DNA of 64,000 nucleotides from a virus (taxonomy: Duplodnaviria > Caudoviricetes), in the IMG/VR virus record IMGVR_UViG_3300013121_000026, positions 32,001 through 96,000 of that record, one strand, 5' to 3'. The translations under genes were made by a program, and so were the position numbers. Below, piece by piece: positions 54,421 to 64,000 of this stretch; positions within the stretch are counted from its first letter, which is position 1, and each line of letters starts with the position of its first letter. The notes beneath the pieces were generated by a model that saw only the letters and a program-made list of their open reading frames with translations, did not search any database and was not told the DNA's origin.

Positions 54421-57400
54421 ATGCCAATTAAAACAGATTTGTCAGTAAGACCATACGGTGATGATTATAATGAGGACAAGGATTTTTATAAGATCCTGTT
54501 TCAGCCTGGTGTAACTGTACAAACTCGAGAACTAAACCAGCTTCAGACAATTCTTCAAAAGCAAATTGAACGATTTGGTGATCACGTATTTACTACTGGA
54601 ACATTGGTTTCCGGATGTAACTTTCAGTTCTATAATCCAATTCCCTATATTAAAATTAGAGACATTACTAACGAAGGTGAAGTTTCTATTCCGTATCGTT
54701 ATGTTAACTATAATGTAATCAACGAAACAACTGGGTTGATTGCTCAGGTTACGGATTATCAAAACGGTTATGAATCAACATCACCTGATCTTAAGACACT
54801 GTATATCACCTATAAGAACTTTGGTACTAATGGTGTTACTACTGCGTTTTCATCAGGCGATGTTCTAAAAGTTTACAATCCAATCATCAATGGCATTGAA
54901 AAAGTTACTATTAATAATGGTGGCATAGGGTTTTCTAATACAGATTCCTTGATAGCCCTGCCGCAGTTGCTAGTCTCAGTATCCGATGGAACATTGGTCG
55001 TTGGCGATTACTTAAACAATGGCAAATATGCTAATGTTGAGATCATGGCGTTGGATAGCTCAACTTATGCTAATAATGGTTTCATTATTGCAACAGTTAG
55101 ACCACAGTCTGTAGACCTAGCTAATGTTTCTTGTAACTCAAGTTATTGGACACTGTCAGCAGGCGAAAACATTACTAATCCTGGAGCAAATGTTACAGCG
55201 TATGTGATTAGAACATTCGGTGCTAATTTCAGAGGCAAAATTACTACTGACTCGATTGGTGTTGTTACAAGCATTTCAATCTTAGACAAGGGCGCAGGAT
55301 ATACTCAGGCACCTTATTTTACAGTCAGATCTGTTAATAACGTTAGTGGCTATACGACACTTTCTTTAACTGGTAGAAATTATCTAGACAAGATTGTTGT
55401 TTCAACCCTGCCAAATAGCGTTGGCAATGGTTATGCATTTGGTATTACAGAAGGCGTTATCTATCAAAAGGGTTATTTCCTAAGATCAGTTCCTCAAAAG
55501 ATAATCGTTAGCAAGTATGACATCCTTCCAGACAATGTGGCTGTGGGGTTTGTTACTAATGAAGATATTGTTAATCCGTCTATGGATGACAGTTTGTATG
55601 ATAATGCTAATGAAACAAAAAATTATCAGGCACCTGGTGCAGATCGTCTTAGATTAATCCCACAATTAAAGCTGGTTGATTCTGATCAGGCAACAAACAA
55701 TTCAGAATTCTTTACTATTTGTGAGTGGAAAGAGGGCAAGCCTTACACTCAAAAACAAACCACTACCTATAATGTCCTTGGAGACGAAATCAGCAGAAGA
55801 ACATCTGAGGCATCAGGTGACTTTGTTACTGATCCATTCCTTGTTACAACAAGAGCTCCAGCAAATACAGACAATGAAGGAAAATACTACAATCTAGTTG
55901 TTGATCCGGGCATTGCTTATATTGATGGCGTAAGAATTTCTACTCAGGCTAACTATAATTTGGATGTTGAGAAGGGAATTAATACCGCAACGACCAATAA
56001 CCATACAGTTTCACTTAATTACGGAAACTATGTAATGGTTAATGAACTGGGCGGTAGCTTTGCTTTTAATCTTGGTGATCAGGTATCCCTGTATAATTCC
56101 GCTAAGGGATTTCTATCAAACACCTCATTAATTCAAGCTCAAAATACAGATCCAGTTGGTACTGCAATTGGTACAGCAAATATTAGAAGTATTATGCATG
56201 ACGATGGTATGCCCGGTCAGAATACTGCTACCTATAGACTGTATCTGTTTAATGTTCAGATGAGTTCAGGTAAGAACTTTAGAGACGTCAAGTCTGTTTA
56301 TTACAATGGCACTAAGAAGGGTATTGCTGATATCGTTCTGGAAGTTGATCCAACTTCTGGAAGCTCCCAAGCATTCATTTATGATACCAATACTACTGGA
56401 TTGCTGTTTGATGCAGGTGTTGAAAGTCTAAAGAATGCAAATACAGTCGTTTATGCATATAGAACAAATGATACAACCGTAACAACAGCTAACACTGGTA
56501 TTTTAACAAAGGATATTAGTGGAACTCCCAGCGAAATATTCCCATATAGTGGAAATCTTTCAAGCACCCAGCTAAAGGAAATAATTGTTGTTCCTTTAAC
56601 TGTTGATTTTGTTTCGGATACATCATCAACTGGTACTGTTAGCGTTGGAGCAACTTCAGCAAACGTTACTGGTAGCGGTACTACATTCCTTTCAGACTAC
56701 GTTGTTGGAGATTATTTAACTGTTACGGCTAATTCAACTGGTGGTTACCATCTAGGCAAGGTAAAGAGTGTTGTTAACAATACCCTGATCGTGATGGACG
56801 CAAATTGTGGATTCACAAATGCATCTTCATTAGTCTACAGAACGTTCCCCAAGGATGTTCCGGTTCCTTTCGGATATAGATCAGGATTAAGTGCTAACGT
56901 TAATGTTAACCAAAACATTCTTTCAATGAATTTTGGTAAGGCATTTAGTTTCTCAACGGCTAATTCCGTTTCACTATCAGTTAATATACAGAGAAATGAT
57001 CCGTCTCAGACAACCAAGACAGCAAATCGAAACAAGTTTGTTAAGCTAAGACTAGCAAACAATGATGCTAATACAGTTGGTCCATGGTGTGTTGGTGTTC
57101 CTGATGTGTTTAGATTAAAGGGTGTTTATGTTGGTAGTTCAACCGTAACAAATGCCGGTTCAAATTACATCAGCAACTTCTATGTTGATCACAATCAGAA
57201 CCCAGATTTTTATAATCTGAGCTGGCTATATAAGAAGCCAAGCAGTTCATTATCATTAACATCATCTGATTACTTGCTGTTACAGTTTGATTACTTCACA
57301 AGTTCAGGTGCGGGTTTCTATGACACAATTAGTTACATTTCATCCAACTCAAATACTGTATTTGAAGTTGATAGTACTGATTTGGATTCACTTGGCGCTA

Positions 57401-59295
57401 ATGTTAACAGCTTTGAAATTCCTGAGGTGTTTACTAATAACGGAAAAGAAATTGATCTATTAGGACATTTTGATTTTAGACCGTATGCGGCTAATACCGT
57501 AGCTCCTTCATCAGCATATAATACAGCGCCTGTTAATCCATCATCTACAGTTACGTTAAGTGCTGCTGGTGAAAAGAAGTTCCCGGTGCCGGATGGTACA
57601 TTTATTTGTACAGCAGAATATTACCTAGGCAGAAAAGACAGCGTCTTTGTTGATAAGAACAGCAAGTTTACAGTATTGAACGGTAATAGCAATACAATTT
57701 CTGGATTCCAACACTTACCAACGCAACCAGAAGGCTCAATGAAGATTATTGATTTAGTTGTTCCTTCGTATCCAAATCTTCCAGTTAATCTAAGTGATAG
57801 TCAGAAGAAGATTGTTAATACTAATGTGGCTAATATTAAGTATCTGAATACTCGTCAGAAGAGAAAGACAGTTACTTCAATTGCTTCTAATACCCTGCCA
57901 TTCAACCAGCCAAAAGTTTACACAATGGCTGACATTGGTAAGATCGATAGAAGATTGCAGGATGTTGAATATTACATTACGTTAAATTCACTTGAAAGTG
58001 GAATGGCGCAAAAGGTAATTCCTAGCAGTATTGATCCATCTTTAAACAGATTTAAGAATGGTATCTTCGTAGATGATTTTGCGTCTGCTCAATGGTCTGC
58101 AAAGAGTGATCCACAATATAATGCAGAGATAGAAGATGGTTGCTTAGTTCCACCTAAGGTGAAATGGGACGTCAATCTAATTGGTTCTAATATTATTCCT
58201 TGGCTGGATTATCCAATTATCAATCAGGATGTTTCAACGGTTGGTGGTATTAATGATCCAGAAGGATTAGGACCTGTTTGTGCTCTCAATATGGGCAACA
58301 CGGTTGCTTATACACAGACATATCGAAATGCAACAGACATCAATAACAATGATAACATCGACACAGTTAACCTAACATTTGCTAATTCAGCAGCAATTCT
58401 AGAAAATATTAATTATCTATCCGGAAACGTTGCTCAGTGGATGTCACAAAACGACTTCAAGCAATTCACCTATGACGTTAAGTCTGGATGGGGTCTATTT
58501 GCAGATTGGCTGTCACTGGTTGGCGAAAACGGCGACTTCATGGACAGTATGCAAGGTGGAGCACAATTATCAGGATCTATTAATAACAATAGATTCATTG
58601 CTGGTGCGCCTCACTCAACAAGACTTAATGAGGAAACTCTAGCTAGATTTGTTGAATGGATTAAGCAGAAGAAGGGAATTGTTGCTAACACAGTAACAGG
58701 CCCAACACCTGCAAATACGTCTGTAATTGCACAGATGTTTAAGCCAGAAGTTACTTTGTACTTCTACAATTACGATAGAAGAGTTCTAATTGAAGTTTAT
58801 CAGGGTGATACAAAGATTATTGATACCCTGTCTGCAGAGTCACTTACCGAACAAGAAGAAACACTTCTTAAGAGTGATAAGTTTAATCAGTGGTTCAATG
58901 ATTATCCGGAATACTATCTAAGAACACCAGCAGTTAATGAATATGGATACGCGGTTTATGCTGGTAAGATAAAGTTCAATTATGATCCAACTGCGGGTAG
59001 AAACTTTACAATCAGAACAGTAGGAAGCACAAATTCTTATCGTTGGAGATGGATGATTAATTATCCAATCGATGGACTGTCTGCAGGTTGTGTGCCAACT
59101 CCAATGAATTTTGATGTGGAGCCAGACTTTACTGCTAGTTACTTGTCATACGCATTTACTTCATATTGCGGTAACGGCGTTCTACAAGGAAGCGGCTCAG
59201 TTAGCATCTTTAGTGGTGTTACGGCAACATGGACACCTATTGCAACGCCTACGATATCAACATCAGTTGTTCCGTTTAGCTTGGAGAATATTTAA
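54421..59295 (+). CDS. Large virion structural protein (DUF4815/VrlC-like, N-terminal part)
   Basis: PY.DDY...K..Y.ILF.PG..VQ.REL.QLQ, APGADRL, YTM.DIGKI..R....EYY, RFKNG.FVDDF. Confidence 0.8.
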   Translation: MPIKTDLSVRPYGDDYNEDKDFYKILFQPGVTVQTRELNQLQTILQKQIERFGDHVFTTGTLVSGCNFQFYNPIPYIKIRDITNEGEVSIPYRYVNYNVINETTGLIAQVTDYQNGYESTSPDLKTLYITYKNFGTNGVTTAFSSGDVLKVYNPIINGIEKVTINNGGIGFSNTDSLIALPQLLVSVSDGTLVVGDYLNNGKYANVEIMALDSSTYANNGFIIATVRPQSVDLANVSCNSSYWTLSAGENITNPGANVTAYVIRTFGANFRGKITTDSIGVVTSISILDKGAGYTQAPYFTVRSVNNVSGYTTLSLTGRNYLDKIVVSTLPNSVGNGYAFGITEGVIYQKGYFLRSVPQKIIVSKYDILPDNVAVGFVTNEDIVNPSMDDSLYDNANETKNYQAPGADRLRLIPQLKLVDSDQATNNSEFFTICEWKEGKPYTQKQTTTYNVLGDEISRRTSEASGDFVTDPFLVTTRAPANTDNEGKYYNLVVDPGIAYIDGVRISTQANYNLDVEKGINTATTNNHTVSLNYGNYVMVNELGGSFAFNLGDQVSLYNSAKGFLSNTSLIQAQNTDPVGTAIGTANIRSIMHDDGMPGQNTATYRLYLFNVQMSSGKNFRDVKSVYYNGTKKGIADIVLEVDPTSGSSQAFIYDTNTTGLLFDAGVESLKNANTVVYAYRTNDTTVTTANTGILTKDISGTPSEIFPYSGNLSSTQLKEIIVVPLTVDFVSDTSSTGTVSVGATSANVTGSGTTFLSDYVVGDYLTVTANSTGGYHLGKVKSVVNNTLIVMDANCGFTNASSLVYRTFPKDVPVPFGYRSGLSANVNVNQNILSMNFGKAFSFSTANSVSLSVNIQRNDPSQTTKTANRNKFVKLRLANNDANTVGPWCVGVPDVFRLKGVYVGSSTVTNAGSNYISNFYVDHNQNPDFYNLSWLYKKPSSSLSLTSSDYLLLQFDYFTSSGAGFYDTISYISSNSNTVFEVDSTDLDSLGANVNSFEIPEVFTNNGKEIDLLGHFDFRPYAANTVAPSSAYNTAPVNPSSTVTLSAAGEKKFPVPDGTFICTAEYYLGRKDSVFVDKNSKFTVLNGNSNTISGFQHLPTQPEGSMKIIDLVVPSYPNLPVNLSDSQKKIVNTNVANIKYLNTRQKRKTVTSIASNTLPFNQPKVYTMADIGKIDRRLQDVEYYITLNSLESGMAQKVIPSSIDPSLNRFKNGIFVDDFASAQWSAKSDPQYNAEIEDGCLVPPKVKWDVNLIGSNIIPWLDYPIINQDVSTVGGINDPEGLGPVCALNMGNTVAYTQTYRNATDINNNDNIDTVNLTFANSAAILENINYLSGNVAQWMSQNDFKQFTYDVKSGWGLFADWLSLVGENGDFMDSMQGGAQLSGSINNNRFIAGAPHSTRLNEETLARFVEWIKQKKGIVANTVTGPTPANTSVIAQMFKPEVTLYFYNYDRRVLIEVYQGDTKIIDTLSAESLTEQEETLLKSDKFNQWFNDYPEYYLRTPAVNEYGYAVYAGKIKFNYDPTAGRNFTIRTVGSTNSYRWRWMINYPIDGLSAGCVPTPMNFDVEPDFTASYLSYAFTSYCGNGVLQGSGSVSIFSGVTATWTPIATPTISTSVVPFSLENI

Positions 59296-59624
59296 TGCAA
59301 TTTATACTTGATAGAGTGAAATTTATTCCCGTTGAGATTTCTTGTTTGAACATGACGCCAAATACCAAATATGACGTTTGGTTAGAGGGTGTTCTGTATA
59401 ATGATAAGGTTAAGCCGTTTGGGAAGAATCTAGGGGATTCAATTGTTAGTGATAGTGCTGGAAAAGTTCTCTTTCAATTATTATTAACTGTTCCATATAA
59501 TGAAAAGTATATTAGTGGATCAGTTGATTCTGGTATTATAAATAAAAATAAAGTGCTGGAACTAAAAGATCCAGCAGGTAATGTTTCAAAAACGTATATT
59601 CCAATGGTGTTAAAGAATCAATGA
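59295..59624 (+). CDS. Virion structural protein, possibly a piece of a split VrlC-like gene
   Basis: PNT.Y.....G..., G..I.SD..G; translationally coupled. Confidence 0.55.
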   Translation: MQFILDRVKFIPVEISCLNMTPNTKYDVWLEGVLYNDKVKPFGKNLGDSIVSDSAGKVLFQLLLTVPYNEKYISGSVDSGIINKNKVLELKDPAGNVSKTYIPMVLKNQ

Positions 59625-62245
59625 AATCATTTAATTTTGCTCAGACATTTGTTATCGATCCTGCAATAGGAAACAAGATCACTGTTAATCTAACAGGAAT
59701 TGATTTGTTCTGGATGTATAAGCCAGACTATCAAAATAACATTTCTGGATTAATGGGACCGGGCATAACAATCTACGTGGTTAACACTAAAGATGACCTA
59801 CCGGACATTTCTGGGGAAACATTTGCTAATTTTGCTCGTGTTGAGTGGGGAAACATCATTACCAGCTCAGACGGTAGTGTAGCAACTAGATTTAGATTTA
59901 ATAAGCCGCTAGCAGTAAATCCAGGAAAGAAGTATGCAATCCTAGTTTCATATGATGGCAATGAAACATTCTTCCCGTGGGTAGCAAAGCGTGGAATGAA
60001 GATTACCAATTCAACTAATGTATTTCCGGGTAACTTTGATTTTATTGGTAACTATTATGAGTCAGTAATTACTGATGGACAAGTTGGATCCTTAGAGCCG
60101 ATTCAAAGCTGGAGAGCATTAACGGATACCCAATTAAAGTTCCGTGTATACATTGCTAGATACATGATTAACGGAGTGCCGGTAAGCAACAGCACAGTTG
60201 ATCCGTCGCAATGGTTTAACTTGCATGGTACCAGCCCATTCTCGTCAGTTGATGGTAATAACGTTATCTTTAGTTATCCATCTCCATGCATTGAAAACAT
60301 CAGCTTTGATCTAAACCAAAGTACTGTTCAGAGTTTTGTTGGTTCTCAAAGAGTATATCAAAACACAGTATTTTATCCTGGTGGATATCAAAATGGTTCT
60401 TCATACGTAACCGTATCTGCGGCTAATAGTGGACCTAACAGTACCTTGTTAATAGCAAATACTAAGCTACCAAATGGAGCTAATTTTAAGTGGTCTGATA
60501 TTTTTAGTGACTATGCTGGAACTAAGTATGTGACTGTATTTGATACAGAACTTACAAACATTCGAAAAGTTCAAAGCATTATTTCCAATACTGTCATTCA
60601 AGTAGATGAACCATTTACTTTTACTAATACTATTTCAAAATTCTTGATTAGCCCGATAGCAACAATTGATAGCTTCAATAGTCATTCACCAGAAGGTAAA
60701 TCAGAAGCATTAATGTTCCTGACTCACAGCAATGCTAATGATTCAGTTAGATTTGTTAATAACGTTATTGAAGCTGTTACTGTGACAGCAGGTGGTTTAG
60801 ATTATAGCAACAATGACGTTCTGTATGTAACAGGATTTGAATATGTTGCTGATAAGGTAACTACTGGTTATTTTGCAGTTGGTAATATCGTTACAAATAG
60901 CATTGGTGGTATTTCCGAAGTATATCTTAGCAATACAGGATGCGGCTTTACAAATTCAAGCGCATTGCATCTAGTTATTGCTAATAGCATCTTTGATCCG
61001 GGTGGTCTAACAAACTCAACAGCTAATACTAGCTTGGGTTCAGGTGCTACTTTTGAATACACAATAGGAGCAACATTACAGTCTGAATTATCCAACAACA
61101 TCTTCAAAGATTGTGAAGTGTTGAACTTAGATTTGCATGATGTTACTCCGTTCTTTAATATTACTTCGCCCGTCAATACAACACAACAGTTTTACTTGAA
61201 TTCTCAGTATTACATTCAGGATGATGAAGATGTTATCCTGGGTTCAATTTCATATGTTAATCCAAATACATCACAAATAGTTCTGGAATTAAACAAACGA
61301 AAGAACATTGTTGCAGATAAGATTCCATGCTTTGTTTCCTACTCAAATGAGTTTGGCGTAAAATACAGCAATGGTGCAACAAATGATAAGGTTAGTGCGT
61401 TAAATATCTATTCAAATAATTACATGCTGGGCATTTCAATCTCGTCAAATAACGACTTTGTAATGCCAACTATTAATTCGACTGCATCAGTTGAGTTCGG
61501 CAAGTATGTTATCAATAATGACTATACTAATGAACATACCAATCAGGGTAATGCATTTGCTAAGCATCTAACCACTCTAGTTAACTTTGATAGATTTAGT
61601 GAAGACGTCGTAGTTTATTTGGATGCTTACAGACCAGTTGATACTGATATTCAAGTGTATGCTAGAATTCAAAACAATCAGGATACCCAGGCATTTGATG
61701 ATGAAGATTGGACCCGCTTGGAGATAATTGATGGAGTCAATATTTACAGTAGCTCCAGCAAGGAAGATGACTATATTGAATTAACCTATGGTTTCCAGGG
61801 TCAGCCAAATACGTCAATAACTTTGGATGGTACTATTACGACAACAAACAATAGCTCAACATTAACTGGATCAAACACAACATTCTCGGACGATCTAGCT
61901 AACAATGATGTTATTAAGATTTACGATCCATACTTTCCAAATACTAACTTTATGGTTGCTTCTGTTAATAACATTACCAACAATACTTCACTAACTATTG
62001 ATACTTCAGTATTGTCTACGATTAATACAGCATTGGTAGGAAATGGATTAAAGGTAGATTTGATGGGATATAAGCATCAGGCATTCAATAACATTCAGTT
62101 TGACAACGTTGTTAGATACTACAATGAGTCAATGGTTAAGTTTGATGGATATGACAAACTGCAATTGAAAGTAGTTTTCCTCTCTTCGAACCTATTAAAC
62201 ATTCCTAAGGTTCATAATATTAAGTTGGCGGGTGTCTCAGCATAA
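59621..62245 (+). CDS. Virion structural protein (VrlC-like C-terminal part)
   Basis: AQTF.I, LTGIDLF, AT.F.F..P, V.LDAYRP..TDI.VY, LK.V..S.....P. Confidence 0.65.
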   Translation: MKSFNFAQTFVIDPAIGNKITVNLTGIDLFWMYKPDYQNNISGLMGPGITIYVVNTKDDLPDISGETFANFARVEWGNIITSSDGSVATRFRFNKPLAVNPGKKYAILVSYDGNETFFPWVAKRGMKITNSTNVFPGNFDFIGNYYESVITDGQVGSLEPIQSWRALTDTQLKFRVYIARYMINGVPVSNSTVDPSQWFNLHGTSPFSSVDGNNVIFSYPSPCIENISFDLNQSTVQSFVGSQRVYQNTVFYPGGYQNGSSYVTVSAANSGPNSTLLIANTKLPNGANFKWSDIFSDYAGTKYVTVFDTELTNIRKVQSIISNTVIQVDEPFTFTNTISKFLISPIATIDSFNSHSPEGKSEALMFLTHSNANDSVRFVNNVIEAVTVTAGGLDYSNNDVLYVTGFEYVADKVTTGYFAVGNIVTNSIGGISEVYLSNTGCGFTNSSALHLVIANSIFDPGGLTNSTANTSLGSGATFEYTIGATLQSELSNNIFKDCEVLNLDLHDVTPFFNITSPVNTTQQFYLNSQYYIQDDEDVILGSISYVNPNTSQIVLELNKRKNIVADKIPCFVSYSNEFGVKYSNGATNDKVSALNIYSNNYMLGISISSNNDFVMPTINSTASVEFGKYVINNDYTNEHTNQGNAFAKHLTTLVNFDRFSEDVVVYLDAYRPVDTDIQVYARIQNNQDTQAFDDEDWTRLEIIDGVNIYSSSSKEDDYIELTYGFQGQPNTSITLDGTITTTNNSSTLTGSNTTFSDDLANNDVIKIYDPYFPNTNFMVASVNNITNNTSLTIDTSVLSTINTALVGNGLKVDLMGYKHQAFNNIQFDNVVRYYNESMVKFDGYDKLQLKVVFLSSNLLNIPKVHNIKLAGVSA

Positions 62246-62454
62246 TGAAAAGCGAATTGCAAAAAACCAATATCAGCGGGCTTTCTAAGGACAAAAAACA
62301 AAACCTTATTATAAATAACAATGTTGCTGAGTTATCAGCATATGAAGCCAAGAGAAAACAAATTAAAGAAATCAATACGATCAAGACTGACATTACAGAA
62401 ATAAAGAAACTGTTAAGACTTGTTTGTGATCAACTAGGAATCAAAGAATGCTAA
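62245..62454 (+). CDS. Small conserved coiled-coil protein
   Basis: IIN.N...Y...R....EI..IK.DI.EIK.LL. Confidence 0.6.
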   Translation: MKSELQKTNISGLSKDKKQNLIINNNVAELSAYEAKRKQIKEINTIKTDITEIKKLLRLVCDQLGIKEC

Positions 62455-63116
62455 CATTATCTTCAATTTCAAATACTAATCCTTGGCTAAGTGTTTTTAA
62501 TGCGGTGAATAGTATAATTGGCTATTTTGGCTCTGATGTCGTTACAGCGAATGGATCTGCCGATGGTGCTGTGAACAGTGGTAACGGATTTGTTACGGGT
62601 ATTTTTGGTGCAACAATTCTAGCAGCAAATAATATTCGTGGTGGAACGGTTAATACTGCTGCTCCAGTAACAATCACTAGTAACATAGCTGTTAATTCTT
62701 CTTACTCAATAATCAACGGCAACAATGTAGTAAACAGTACCGCCATTAGCGTCGGCGCAAATGTTGGAATTAATACTAGCACAATTACGCTTGGAAGTAT
62801 TCACCAAAAATATGTCAATGCGGTAACCTCAGGAACATCAGAACAATTAGTTGACTACATAGACTTTACTGTAAATCGTTCCGCGGAATATTGTCTAACT
62901 ATTACTGATCAGGGGTCATCATCATATCAAATTTCAAAGATCCTTTTAATACATGATGGATCAACTGCTAAGGTGACGGAGTATGGAGTAATTTCATCTA
63001 ATGCTTCTTTGGGGTATTTTTCAGCAACAGCAAATTCTTCCCATGCCCTGTTGAAAATAACGCCAGTTCCTTCTGCTACTTCGATTAAAGGGCATAAATT
63101 TCTGACTACGGTGTAA
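62448..63116 (+). CDS. Tail fibre/virion structural protein
   Basis: RSAEY..., KIL.IHDG.....TEYG C-terminal module. Confidence 0.6.
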   Translation: MLTLSSISNTNPWLSVFNAVNSIIGYFGSDVVTANGSADGAVNSGNGFVTGIFGATILAANNIRGGTVNTAAPVTITSNIAVNSSYSIINGNNVVNSTAISVGANVGINTSTITLGSIHQKYVNAVTSGTSEQLVDYIDFTVNRSAEYCLTITDQGSSSYQISKILLIHDGSTAKVTEYGVISSNASLGYFSATANSSHALLKITPVPSATSIKGHKFLTTV

Positions 63117-63117
63117 A

Positions 63118-64000
63118 ATGCCAGCACCAGTATTTTCAAATTCCACACATACATTGATACCAGGCATTCCTGGTAAAATTACTGCAAACCTTGAGTTTAA
63201 TGCGGCTCTAATAGCCAATGGTTCTGCTGGTGAACCGGGTGATGTGTTGTGTTCTAACGGCAGCAACGTTTATTGGGGTACCAGTACCGGTGGCAATGGA
63301 GGCGGGTATCCTGCTAATGCTACCTTTACGCAAATCACAATTGGCTCAGTAGTTTTAAACACAACTGGTTATTATGGCATCTCAAATAACAGCACCTATG
63401 CGTATGGGAAAACTGAAGGCAATTTGAATGTTAATAGTGCCACCTACTCAACTAATGCTATCAATGCCAATAATGCTACTTATCTTGGTGGGTATTCTGC
63501 GTCACATTTTTTAACAGCGTCAGATCTTAGTGGTTATCAATTAAATTCTACCTTGTCTGCTAACGTTGCAGGGCTGACGGCTAATAATGCATCATATGCC
63601 TATGGTAAGACAGAGGGTAATTTAAATGTTAACAGTGCTACTTATTCAACTAATGCTGTTAACGCAAACAATAGTGCCTATCTAAATACTAAAACAGAAA
63701 GCAACCTAAATGTTAATAGTGCTTCTTCTGCCACAACAGCAAATAATGCGTCATATGCCTATGGTAAAAATGAAAATGCATTGAATGTTAATAGCGCGTC
63801 TTCAGCACTGACAGCAAACAACAGCACTTATTTAAATGGGCAATTGGCTGGTTACTATACTAATGCCACGAATATATCGTCAGGAACATTGCCATATGGT
63901 CAATTGCCCGCAAATGTAGTTAATACATCTGCTAATTTTACGATAACTGGTGTTTATACTCATAGCGCAAATATTTCATTGGCGGGTATCTTAGCCAATG
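63118..64000 (+). CDS. Tail-fibre-like repeat protein (partial, runs off the window)
   Basis: Open frame from ATG 63118; NGSAG.PG.VL.SNGS.VYW; four KTEGNLNVNSA-like repeats. Confidence 0.75.
   Translation, partial: MPAPVFSNSTHTLIPGIPGKITANLEFNAALIANGSAGEPGDVLCSNGSNVYWGTSTGGNGGGYPANATFTQITIGSVVLNTTGYYGISNNSTYAYGKTEGNLNVNSATYSTNAINANNATYLGGYSASHFLTASDLSGYQLNSTLSANVAGLTANNASYAYGKTEGNLNVNSATYSTNAVNANNSAYLNTKTESNLNVNSASSATTANNASYAYGKNENALNVNSASSALTANNSTYLNGQLAGYYTNATNISSGTLPYGQLPANVVNTSANFTITGVYTHSANISLAGILAN

Noticed and set aside
63400-63830. Diversity-generating retroelement or DNA repeat array in the fibre gene
   Set aside because: The repeats differ mostly at synonymous sites (protein-level repeats); no reverse transcriptase or adenine-specific TR/VR pair was seen

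Overview
AT-rich segment of a large T4-like myovirus genome, most likely infecting an alphaproteobacterium (two-piece permuted tmRNA, tRNA-His with G1-U72/A73 and no G-1, a DUF1127 protein). About 1-13.3 kb is a tRNA/ncRNA cluster: about 23 intact tRNAs, several aberrant tRNA-like RNAs, small ORFs, and a split tRNA holding a non-autonomous IS1595-type cassette. About 13.3-35 kb holds accessory and replication genes (DUF2828/vWA protein, glutaredoxin, glycosyltransferase, SpeD-like, RNase H, exonuclease, DUF932, macrodomain, PRTase, PseT-like phosphatase, tmRNA, gp33, gp59, gp32). About 36.8-64 kb is the baseplate/tail module (holin, hub/tape-measure-like, gp51, gp26, gp54, gp2, gp4, gp48, gp53, split gp5, gp25, gp6, gp7, gp8, DUF4815-like, fibre). 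The most notable feature is a family of seven small RNA units with a fixed architecture: a covarying 7-9 bp closing stem, CNGCA at nt 11-15, and a G after the stem. Five lie in tandem between a promoter and the Ro60/TROVE-like DUF2828 gene and two lie in the tRNA cluster; one of the latter contains a complete circularly permuted tRNA. This looks like a non-canonical Ro/Y-RNA-type ribonucleoprotein system beside a cyclic-phosphate-processing receiver gene. All calls were made by eye from motifs and synteny; no database searches were run.
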